A DNA stretch of 64,000 nucleotides from NCBI GenBank assembly GCA_000002445.1, contig CP000068.1, positions 320,001 through 384,000 on the forward strand. Direction: 5' to 3'. Of this stretch, positions 45,368 through 57,400 are shown piece by piece (position 1 is the stretch's first letter; each line of letters begins with the position of its first letter). The notes under the pieces were generated by a model. That model was not told the origin of the DNA, did no database searches, and was given only the letters and a program-made list of their open reading frames with translations. This DNA is from Trypanosoma brucei. Taxonomy: Eukaryota. A program made the translations under genes and the position numbers.

Positions 45368-45413
45368 AAAGTGTATATTTATTTATATATTTAGGTCGCC
45401 ACGGTACAATTAA

Positions 45414-48400
45414 ATGCCGGGGTTGTTAAAGTGGAAGAAGCGTTGTAGTCCCGTCGCGATGCGCCCAAGTAGGGGTTTGGTACCGTCTCCACGGAAGTCG
45501 CCCTCAAAACAGCGTTCCAGTGCGCACAGCGCAGCCGCGGGCGAGGAATGTTATGAACTGCAGGCGGTTCCATCTGTCATTCCGGCACTCCAAGCGATTA
45601 GTGCCGTGCGCCGCGCGGGAGCTCTGATGGCTCGTGTAATGAGTCCAACAGCGGATCGAATAGAAGGAGAGTTGTGGTATATTGCAGGGGAATACGGGCC
45701 GGGAAAGGGAAATGCCGCTGCACCCCAGTGGGTGACGTGCGATAGGCATCGGTTGGTGGTTTGGAGTAGCTGGTGTGGACAGGGCCGTATAATAGACACC
45801 GTTTCTTTCGATCGTCTTAGACTTATTCTCAACTTCTCTCATGCGCATACGCATAAGGTGTGCCAACGGCAGGCACCCGTCACAAGATATTCGGCGGCGA
45901 AGAACTTCTCCCTCCCCTCAGCTCGCGGGAGCAGAAGCCCTCCACAAACGTTTAGAAGAGGAACAACCACCTTTGCTAGGAAAAAAAAGCTCGGTGCGAT
46001 CGCAACAGGCAGGATTCGCGCATATGGTGGTACGTCGATGCCCCGTTACTATTACTTTGGCGTGGAGTTTACTTGCCTTTACCGCACAGAGGACGGTAGA
46101 AATCACCGGCGGCGGCGGGTCATGATGTTTGCAACGGATGTTCAGCATGACCTCATCACGTGGCTGCAGTTCTTATCAGATGTAGAAGTTAAAAAGGTTC
46201 GAGAAACCGTATGTGGAGGGGGTTCTCAGGGAACGAAGCGCGCGCGGAAGTCTAAGCAGTGTATGAGTCCGAACGTTAGTTACTTTCTCAATGAAAGTGA
46301 TTGCACTGCCGTAGACACTAGTAATGAGACGTCATTGGCTTCGTCATCTCCACTAGACATTGACACCACGATGGATCCCGCGGTAGCGCCGTCGAGGGCG
46401 TCCGATCGTGAGGTTGAGGCGCCCGGCCAATCAATATTTTCCCTTTTTTCTAGCACGGTAACCGATCCCACAAAGAGTCCATCACCACAGCCCATAGAAA
46501 AGGAGCAATCCGAGGAAGTCATAAGTAACGGGTCGCTTCTCGACATATCCCTTCACAACAACGAGCCACCACAACTGGCAGCTAGGCCTCACACACCAAA
46601 AAAAAAGAAAGCATCACTAAAAAAAGTAAAGAAGAAAACATACGAGGAGCTTAGGAATGAGCGAATGATGAGGGAAAATACCGAGCTCAAAAGAAAGAAT
46701 GAAGAGTTAAAAAAGGAAATTAAAGTGGCAACAGATAAAATAACAGAACTGCAACGAAATCTTCAAGCATCAGAGAGAACGAATAGATACGCGGAAGAAG
46801 AATGCGAGCACCTCAGAGACAGTTTGCTTAAAGTAGAAAAACAAAAAGCCAACCTAGCAAAAAAACTAAGTGAATCAACAGGAAACGAATTTCAACTACA
46901 AAAGCAGGCTGTCGAACTTCACGCAACGTTAGAAGAACAGGCTGCTTGCATCCGTGCGCTGAGTGAGCAAATTACTGCCGCCGACGCCTACTTGCGAGAC
47001 GCGGAGGGCGAGTGTGGTTCACTGGCTGGGTTGCTTGGTCTCTCCCCAGCAGAAGATGGTGGCGACCTCGGGACTGGTAGTGCTGGTTTGTCATTGTCGA
47101 ATGGCGCGCTACGCATAGCGGAGAGACTGCGGTTGGCGTGCAGTGCGGTACACGACCTGGAGCAAGAACTGAAGGCCAGTGGGGAGCGTGAGCGTGCCTC
47201 TATAGAGGAATGTGATCGATTACGTAATGAACTACAGAAGCTGGAGTCGCAGCGTTCTGATCTGGAGGAGAGTCTGAATGCAGCCGAGGCGTTGGAGTGT
47301 GCGTTACGGCGCCAGCTACACGAGTCCCTAGAGGAGGTACGCAGTGCTGAGAATGCATTGAGTGCTGCGGAGCAGGCGTTGCGTTGCATACCGAGTGGGA
47401 TGGATCAGTACGCACGGGATGCCGATGGCGGTTCTGTTTCTAATGATGATAGCCGTGAACTGCCGACACTTGCGCTGCCAGCGCGCATTGAGGGCGTGAC
47501 CCGTCAGGCATGCGAATTCCGCGATGAGATGTACAAACGACACCAGGAGCTGTTGGACTTGGTTGCTAGAGGCGTGTGCAACGAGGATGCTCTTGCCCGT
47601 GTGCGTGAGCTGCGTTGTGCGAAGGAGGCTGTGGAGACGGAGCTGCAGGATACGCTAAGGGAAGCTGAGAAGCGGCTGTGTGTGGTGACCGCGTGTGAGG
47701 GTGTGCTTGGCGAGACTTTGTGCAGTGACGTTGTTGAGCAGCGCCAGGCAGAGCTGCTGTGCGCCCTGCGTGCAGACGTTGCAGAGGCCTGCGGTGTTTC
47801 GGGTAGTCATGTGATTGATGCTACGATAGCTGATGATGGTTCGAATGTGACTTTTCGTGTGGCTCACCCATACTGTGTCCCCGCAGCGGCTGTGCTGGCA
47901 AGGGTAGATTCATGCGCTTTCGACCGCGTACGGCGCGTCAACAAGTGGTCTTGTGGTGACTCTGAGGCGGTGTCCTTTGCCGAAGAAGATGAGGCGGAGC
48001 GTGAGTTTGTTGCAGTTGGGACCCCCGCTGGGGAGGCATTTTTGGCTCGGATAACCGAGTTGAGTGGGCGTTTCGCCTCTGTGAACGGTGAGCTGCGTGC
48101 AGCAGAGGACGCGCTTGCGGAGCGACCCGCTGTTGTGGTGTGTGGGTTGGAGCAGCGCGTTTCGGAGACTAATGCCACTGTGGAGGAACAGGCTGCTTGC
48201 ATCCGTGCGCTGAGTGAGCAAATTGCTGCCGCCGACGCCTACTTGCGAGACGCGGAGGGCGAGTGTGGTTCACTGGCTGGGTTGCTTGGTCTCTCCCCAG
48301 CAGAAGATGGTGGCGACCTCGGGACTGGTAGTGCTGGTTTGTCATTGTCGAATGGCGCGCTACGCATAGCGGAGAGACTGCGGTTGGCGTGCAGTGCGGT

Positions 48401-51400
48401 ACACGACCTGGAGCAAGAACTGAAGGCCAGTGGGGAGCGTGAGCGTGCCTCTATAGAGGAATGTGATCGATTACGTAATGAACTACAGAAGCTGGAGTCG
48501 CAGCGTTCTGATCTGGAGGAGAGTCTGAATGCAGCCGAGGCGTTGGAGTGTGCGTTACGGCGCCAGCTACACGAGTCCCTAGAGGAGGTACGCAGTGCTG
48601 AGAATGCATTGAGTGCTGCGGAGCAGGCGTTGCGTTGCATACCGAGTGGGATGGATCAGTACGCACGGGATGCCGATGGCGGTTCTGTTTCTAATGATGA
48701 TAGCCGTGAACTGCCGACACTTGCGCTGCCAGCGCGCATTGAGGGCGTGACCCGTCAGGCATGCGAATTCCGCGATGAGATGTACAAACGACACCAGGAG
48801 CTGTTGGACTTGGTTGCTAGAGGCGTGTGCAACGAGGATGCTCTTGCCCGTGTGCGTGAGCTGCGTTGTGCGAAGGAGGCTGTGGAGACGGAGCTGCAGG
48901 ATACGCTAAGGGAAGCTGAGAAGCGGCTGTGTGTGGTGACCGCGTGTGAGGGTGTGCTTGGCGAGACTTTGTGCAGTGACGTTGTTGAGCAGCGCCAGGC
49001 AGAGCTGCTGTGCGCCCTGCGTGCAGACGTTGCAGAGGCTTGCGGTGTTTCGGGTAGTCATGTGATTGATGCTACGATAGCTGATGATGGTTCGAATGTG
49101 ACTTTTCGTGTGGCTCACCCATACTGTGTCCCCGCAGCGGCTGTGCTGGCAAGGGTAGATTCATGCGCTTTCGACCGCGTACGGCGCGTCAACAAGTGGT
49201 CTTGTGGTGACTCTGAGGCGGTGTCCTTTGCCGAAGAAGATGAGGCGGAGCGTGAGTTTGTTGCAGTTGGGACCCCCGCTGGGGAGGCATTTTTGGCTCG
49301 GATAACCGAGTTGAGTGGGCGTTTCGCCTCTGTGAACGGTGAGCTGCGTGCAGCAGAGGACGCGCTTGCGGAGCGACCCGCTGTTGTGGTGTGTGGGTTG
49401 GAGCAGCGCGTTTCGGAGACTAATGCCACTGTGGAGGAACAGGCTGCTTGCATCCGTGCGCTGAGTGAGCAAATTGCTGCCGCCGACGCCTACTTGCGAG
49501 ATGCGGAGGGCGAGTGTGGTTCACTGGCTGGGTTGCTTGGTCTCTCCCCAGCAGAAGATGGTGGCGACCTCGGGACTGGTAGTGCTGGTTTGTCATTGTC
49601 GAATGGCGCGCTACGCATAGCGGAGAGACTGCGGTTGGCGTGCAGTGCGGTACACGACCTGGAGCAAGAACTGAAGGCCAGTGGGGAGCGTGAGCGTGCC
49701 TCTATAGAGGAATGTGATCGATTACGTAATGAACTACAGAAGCTGGAGTCGCAGCGTTCTGATCTGGAGGAGAGTCTGAATGCAGCCGAGGCGTTGGAGT
49801 GTGCGTTACGGCGCCAGCTACACGAGTCCCTAGAGGAGGTACGCAGTGCTGAGAATGCATTGAGTGCTGCGGAGCAGGCGTTGCGTTGCATACCGAGTGG
49901 GATGGATCAGTACGCACGGGATGCCGATGGCGGTTCTGTTTCTAATGATGATAGCCGTGAACTGCCGACACTTGCGCTGCCAGCGCGCATTGAGGGCGTG
50001 ACCCGTCAGGCATGCGAATTCCGCGATGAGATGTACAAACGACACCAGGAGCTGTTGGACTTGGTTGCTAGAGGCGTGTGCAACGAGGATGCTCTTGCCC
50101 GTGTGCGTGAGCTGCGTTGTGCGAAGGAGGCTGTGGAGACGGAGCTGCAGGATACGCTAAGGGAAGCTGAGAAGCGGCTGTGTGTGGTGACCGCGTGTGA
50201 GGGTGTGCTTGGCGAGACTTTGTGCAGTGACGTTGTTGAGCAGCGCCAGGCAGAGCTGCTGTGCGCCCTGCGTGCAGACGTTGCAGAGGCCTGCGGTGTT
50301 TCGGGTAGTCATGTGATTGATGCTACGATAGCTGATGATGGTTCGAATGTGACTTTTCGTGTGGCTCACCCATACTGTGTCCCCGCAGCGGCTGTGCTGG
50401 CAAGGGTAGATTCATGCGCTTTCGACCGCGTACGGCGCGTCAACAAGTGGTCTTGTGGTGACTCTGAGGCGGTGTCCTTTGCCGAAGAAGATGAGGCGGA
50501 GCGTGAGTTTGTTGCAGTTGGGACCCCCGCTGGGGAGGCATTTTTGGCTCGGATAACCGAGTTGAGTGGGCGTTTCGCCTCTGTGAACGGTGAGCTGCGT
50601 GCAGCAGAGGACGCGCTTGCGGAGCGACCCGCTGTTGTGGTGTGTGGGTTGGAGCAGCGCGTTTCGGAGACTAATGCCACTGTGGAGGAACAGGCTGCTT
50701 GCATCCGTGCGCTGAGTGAGCAAATTGCTGCCGCCGACGCCTACTTGCGAGATGCGGAGGGCGAGTGTGGTTCACTGGCTGGGTTGCTTGGTCTCTCCCC
50801 AGCAGAAGATGGTGGCGACCTCGGGACTGGTAGTGCTGGTTTGTCATTGTCGAATGGCGCGCTACGCATAGCGGAGAGACTGCGGTTGGCGTGCAGTGCG
50901 GTACACGACCTGGAGCAAGAACTGAAGGCCAGTGGGGAGCGTGAGCGTGCCTCTATAGAGGAATGTGATCGATTACGTAATGAACTACAGAAGCTGGAGT
51001 CGCAGCGTTCTGATCTGGAGGAGAGTCTGAATGCAGCCGAGGCGTTGGAGTGTGCGTTACGGCGCCAGCTACACGAGTCCCTAGAGGAGGTACGCAGTGC
51101 TGAGAATGCATTGAGTGCTGCGGAGCAGGCGTTGCGTTGCATACCGAGTGGGATGGATCAGTATGCACGGGATGCCGATGGCGGTTCTGTTTCTAATGAT
51201 GATAGCCGTGAACTGCCGACACTTGCGCTGCCAGCGCGCATTGAGGGCGTGACCCGTCAGGCATGCGAATTCCGCGATGAGATGTACAAACGACACCAGG
51301 AGCTGTTGGACTTGGTTGCTAGAGGCGTGTGCAACGAGGATGCTCTTGCCCGTGTGCGTGAGCTGCGTTGTGCGAAGGAGGCTGTGGAGACGGAGCTGCA

Positions 51401-54400
51401 GGATACGCTAAGGGAAGCTGAGAAGCGGCTGTGTGTGGTGACCGCGTGTGAGGGTGTGCTTGGCGAGACTTTGTGCAGTGACGTTGTTGAGCAGCGCCAG
51501 GCAGAGCTGCTGTGCGCCCTGCGTGCAGACGTTGCAGAGGCCTGCGGTGTTTCGGGTAGTCATGTGATTGATGCTACGATAGCTGATGATGGTTCGAATG
51601 TGACTTTTCGTGTGGCTCACCCATACTGTGTCCCCGCAGCGGCTGTGCTGGCAAGGGTAGATTCATGCGCTTTCGACCGCGTACGGCGCGTCAACAAGTG
51701 GTCTTGTGGTGACTCTGAGGCGGTGTCCTTTGCCGAAGAAGATGAGGCGGAGCGTGAGTTTGTTGCAGTTGGGACCCCCGCTGGGGAGGCATTTTTGGCT
51801 CGGATAACCGAGTTGAGTGGGCGTTTCGCCTCTGTGAACGGTGAGCTGCGTGCAGCAGAGGACGCGCTTGCGGAGCGACCCGCTGTTGTGGTGTGTGGGT
51901 TGGAGCAGCGCGTTTCGGAGACTAATGCCACTGTGGAGGAACAGGCTGCTTGCATCCGTGCGCTGAGTGAGCAAATTGCTGCCGCCGACGCCTACTTGCG
52001 AGATGCGGAGGGCGAGTGTGGTTCACTGGCTGGGTTGCTTGGTCTCTCCCCAGCAGAAGATGGTGGCGACCTCGGGACTGGTAGTGCTGGTTTGTCATTG
52101 TCGAATGGCGCGCTACGCATAGCGGAGAGACTGCGGTTGGCGTGCAGTGCGGTACACGACCTGGAGCAAGAACTGAAGGCCAGTGGGGAGCGTGAGCGTG
52201 CCTCTATAGAGGAATGTGATCGATTACGTAATGAACTACAGAAGCTGGAGTCGCAGCGTTCTGATCTGGAGGAGAGTCTGAATGCAGCCGAGGCGTTGGA
52301 GTGTGCGTTACGGCGCCAGCTACACGAGTCCCTAGAGGAGGTACGCAGTGCTGAGAATGCATTGAGTGCTGCGGAGCAGGCGTTGCGTTGCATACCGAGT
52401 GGGATGGATCAGTATGCACGGGATGCCGATGGCGGTTCTGTTTCTAATGATGATAGCCGTGAACTGCCGACACTTGCGCTGCCAGCGCGCATTGAGGGCG
52501 TGACCCGTCAGGCATGCGAATTCCGCGATGAGATGTACAAACGACACCAGGAGCTGTTGGACTTGGTTGCTAGAGGCGTGTGCAACGAGGATGCTCTTGC
52601 CCGTGTGCGTGAGCTGCGTTGTGCGAAGGAGGCTGTGGAGACGGAGCTGCAGGATACGCTAAGGGAAGCTGAGAAGCGGCTGTGTGTGGTGACCGCGTGT
52701 GAGGGTGTGCTTGGCGAGACTTTGTGCAGTGACGTTGTTGAGCAGCGCCAGGCAGAGCTGCTGTGCGCCCTGCGTGCAGACGTTGCAGAGGCCTGCGGTG
52801 TTTCGGGTAGTCATGTGATTGATGCTACGATAGCTGATGATGGTTCGAATGTGACTTTTCGTGTGGCTCACCCATACTGTGTCCCCGCAGCGGCTGTGCT
52901 GGCAAGGGTAGATTCATGCGCTTTCGACCGCGTACGGCGCGTCAACAAGTGGTCTTGTGGTGACTCTGAGGCGGTGTCCTTTGCCGAAGAAGATGAGGCG
53001 GAGCGTGAGTTTGTTGCAGTTGGGACCCCCGCTGGGGAGGCATTTTTGGCTCGGATAACCGAGTTGAGTGGGCGTTTCGCCTCTGTGAACGGTGAGCTGC
53101 GTGCAGCAGAGGACGCGCTTGCGGAGCGACCCGCTGTTGTGGTGTGTGGGTTGGAGCAGCGCGTTTCGGAGACTAATGCCACTGTGGAGGAACAGGCTGC
53201 TTGCATCCGTGCGCTGAGTGAGCAAATTGCTGCCGCCGACGCCTACTTGCGAGATGCGGAGGGCGAGTGTGGTTCACTGGCTGGGTTGCTTGGTCTCTCC
53301 CCAGCAGAAGATGGTGGCGACCTCGGGACTGGTAGTGCTGGTTTGTCATTGTCGAATGGCGCGCTACGCATAGCGGAGAGACTGCGGTTGGCGTGCAGTG
53401 CGGTACACGACCTGGAGCAAGAACTGAAGGCCAGTGGGGAGCGTGAGCGTGCCTCTATAGAGGAATGTGATCGATTACGTAATGAACTACAGAAGCTGGA
53501 GTCGCAGCGTTCTGATCTGGAGGAGAGTCTGAATGCAGCCGAGGCGTTGGAGTGTGCGTTACGGCGCCAGCTACACGAGTCCCTAGAGGAGGTACGCAGT
53601 GCTGAGAATGCATTGAGTGCTGCGGAGCAGGCGTTGCGTTGCATACCGAGTGGGATGGATCAGTACGCACGGGATGCCGATGGCGGTTCTGTTTCTAATG
53701 ATGATAGCCGTGAACTGCCGACACTTGCGCTGCCAGCGCGCATTGAGGGCGTGACCCGTCAGGCATGCGAATTCCGCGATGAGATGTACAAACGACACCA
53801 GGAGCTGTTGGACTTGGTTGCTAGAGGCGTGTGCAACGAGGATGCTCTTGCCCGTGTGCGTGAGCTGCGTTGTGCGAAGGAGGCTGTGGAGACGGAGCTG
53901 CAGGATACGCTAAGGGAAGCTGAGAAGCGGCTGTGTGTGGTGACCGCGTGTGAGGGTGTGCTTGGCGAGACTTTGTGCAGTGACGTTGTTGAGCAGCGCC
54001 AGGCAGAGCTGCTGTGCGCCCTGCGTGCAGACGTTGCAGAGGCCTGCGGTGTTTCGGGTAGTCATGTGATTGATGCTACGATAGCTGATGATGGTTCGAA
54101 TGTGACTTTTCGTGTGGCTCACCCATACTGTGTCCCCGCAGCGGCTGTGCTGGCAAGGGTAGATTCATGCGCTTTCGACCGCGTACGGCGCGTCAACAAG
54201 TGGTCTTGTGGTGACTCTGAGGCGGTGTCCTTTGCCGAAGAAGATGAGGCGGAGCGTGAGTTTGTTGCAGTTGGGACCCCCGCTGGGGAGGCATTTTTGG
54301 CTCGGATAACCGAGTTGAGTGGGCGTTTCGCCTCTGTGAACGGTGAGCTGCGTGCAGCAGAGGACGCGCTTGCGGAGCGACCCGCTGTTGTGGTGTGTGG

Positions 54401-57400
54401 GTTGGAGCAGCGCGTTTCGGAGACTAATGCCACTGTGGAGGAACAGGCTGCTTGCATCCGTGCGCTGAGTGAGCAAATTGCTGCCGCCGACGCCTACTTG
54501 CGAGACGCGGAGGGCGAGTGTGGTTCACTGGCTGGGTTGCTTGGTCTCTCCCCAGCAGAAGATGGTGGCGACCTCGGGACTGGTAGTGCTGGTTTGTCAT
54601 TGTCGAATGGCGCGCTACGCATAGCGGAGAGACTGCGGTTGGCGTGCAGTGCGGTACACGACCTGGAGCAAGAACTGAAGGCCAGTGGGGAGCGTGAGCG
54701 TGCCTCTATAGAGGAATGTGATCGATTACGTAATGAACTACAGAAGCTGGAGTCGCAGCGTTCTGATCTGGAGGAGAGTCTGAATGCAGCCGAGGCGTTG
54801 GAGTGTGCGTTACGGCGCCAGCTACACGAGTCCCTAGAGGAGGTACGCAGTGCTGAGAATGCATTGAGTGCTGCGGAGCAGGCGTTGCGTTGCATACCGA
54901 GTGGGATGGATCAGTATGCACGGGATGCCGATGGCGGTTCTGTTTCTAATGATGATAGCCGTGAACTGCCGACACTTGCGCTGCCAGCGCGCATTGAGGG
55001 CGTGACCCGTCAGGCATGCGAATTCCGCGATGAGATGTACAAACGACACCAGGAGCTGTTGGACTTGGTTGCTAGAGGCGTGTGCAACGAGGATGCTCTT
55101 GCCCGTGTGCGTGAGCTGCGTTGTGCGAAGGAGGCTGTGGAGACGGAGCTGCAGGATACGCTAAGGGAAGCTGAGAAGCGGCTGTGTGTGGTGACCGCGT
55201 GTGAGGGTGTGCTTGGCGAGACTTTGTGCAGTGACGTTGTTGAGCAGCGCCAGGCAGAGCTGCTGTGCGCCCTGCGTGCAGACGTTGCAGAGGCTTGCGG
55301 TGTTTCGGGTAGTCATGTGATTGATGCTACGATAGCTGATGATGGTTCGAATGTGACTTTTCGTGTGGCTCACCCATACTGTGTCCCCGCAGCGGCTGTG
55401 CTGGCAAGGGTAGATTCATGCGCTTTCGACCGCGTACGGCGCGTCAACAAGTGGTCTTGTGGTGACTCTGAGGCGGTGTCCTTTGCCGAAGAAGATGAGG
55501 CGGAGCGTGAGTTTGTTGCAGTTGGGACCCCCGCTGGGGAGGCATTTTTGGCTCGGATAACCGAGTTGAGTGGGCGTTTCGCCTCTGTGAACGGTGAGCT
55601 GCGTGCAGCAGAGGACGCGCTTGCGGAGCGACCCGCTGTTGTGGTGTGTGGGTTGGAGCAGCGCGTTTCGGAGACTAATGCCACTGTGGAGGAACAGGCT
55701 GCTTGCATCCGTGCGCTGAGTGAGCAAATTGCTGCCGCCGACGCCTACTTGCGAGATGCGGAGGGCGAGTGTGGTTCACTGGCTGGGTTGCTTGGTCTCT
55801 CCCCAGCAGAAGATGGTGGCGACCTCGGGACTGGTAGTGGTGGTTTGTCATTGTCGAATGGCGCGCTACGCATAGCGGAGAGACTGCGGTTGGCGTGCAG
55901 TGCGGTACACGACCTGGAGCAAGAACTGAAGGCCAGTGGGGAGCGTGAGCGTGCCTCTATAGAGGAATGTGATCGATTACGTAATGAACTACAGAAGCTG
56001 GAGTCGCAGCGTTCTGATCTGGAGGAGAGTCTGAATGCAGCCGAGGCGTTGGAGTGTGCGTTACGGCGCCAGCTACACGAGTCCCTAGAGGAGGTACGCA
56101 GTGCTGAGAATGCATTGAGTGCTGCGGAGCAGGCGTTGCGTTGCATACCGAGTGGGATGGATCAGTACGCACGGGATGCCGATGGCGGTTCTGTTTCTAA
56201 TGATGATAGCCGTGAACTGCCGACACTTGCGCTGCCAGCGCGCATTGAGGGCGTGACCCGTCAGGCATGCGAATTCCGCGATGAGATGTACAAACGACAC
56301 CAGGAGCTGTTGGACTTGGTTGCTAGAGGCGTGTGCAACGAGGATGCTCTTGCCCGTGTGCGTGAGCTGCGTTGTGCGAAGGAGGCTGTGGAGACGGAGC
56401 TGCAGGATACGCTAAGGGAAGCTGAGAAGCGGCTGTGTGTGGTGACCGCGTGTGAGGGTGTGCTTGGCGAGACTTTGTGCAGTGACGTTGTTGAGCAGCG
56501 CCAGGCAGAGCTGCTGTGCGCCCTGCGTGCAGACGTTGCAGAGGCCTGCGGTGTTTCGGGTAGTCATGTGATTGATGCTACGATAGCTGATGATGGTTCG
56601 AATGTGACTTTTCGTGTGGCTCACCCATACTGTGTCCCCGCAGCGGCTGTGCTGGCAAGGGTAGATTCATGCGCTTTCGACCGCGTACGGCGCGTCAACA
56701 AGTGGTCTTGTGGTGACTCTGAGGCGGTGTCCTTTGCCGAAGAAGATGAGGCGGAGCGTGAGTTTGTTGCAGTTGGGACCCCCGCTGGGGAGGCATTTTT
56801 GGCTCGGATAACCGAGTTGAGTGGGCGTTTCGCCTCTGTGAACGGTGAGCTGCGTGCAGCAGAGGACGCGCTTGCGGAGCGACCCGCTGTTGTGGTGTGT
56901 GGGTTGGAGCAGCGCGTTTCGGAGACTAATGCCACTGTGGAGGAACAGGCTGCTTGCATCCGTGCGCTGAGTGAGCAAATTGCTGCCGCCGACGCCTACT
57001 TGCGAGATGCGGAGGGCGAGTGTGGTTCACTGGCTGGGTTGCTTGGTCTCTCCCCAGCAGAAGATGGTGGCGACCTCGGGACTGGTAGTGCTGGTTTGTC
57101 ATTGTCGAATGGCGCGCTACGCATAGCGGAGAGACTGCGGTTGGCGTGCAGTGCGGTACACGACCTGGAGCAAGAACTGAAGGCCAGTGGGGAGCGTGAG
57201 CGTGCCTCTATAGAGGAATGTGATCGATTACGTAATGAACTACAGAAGCTGGAGTCGCAGCGTTCTGATCTGGAGGAGAGTCTGAATGCAGCCGAGGCGT
57301 TGGAGTGTGCGTTACGGCGCCAGCTACACGAGTCCCTAGAGGAGGTACGCAGTGCTGAGAATGCATTGAGTGCTGCGGAGCAGGCGTTGCGTTGCATACC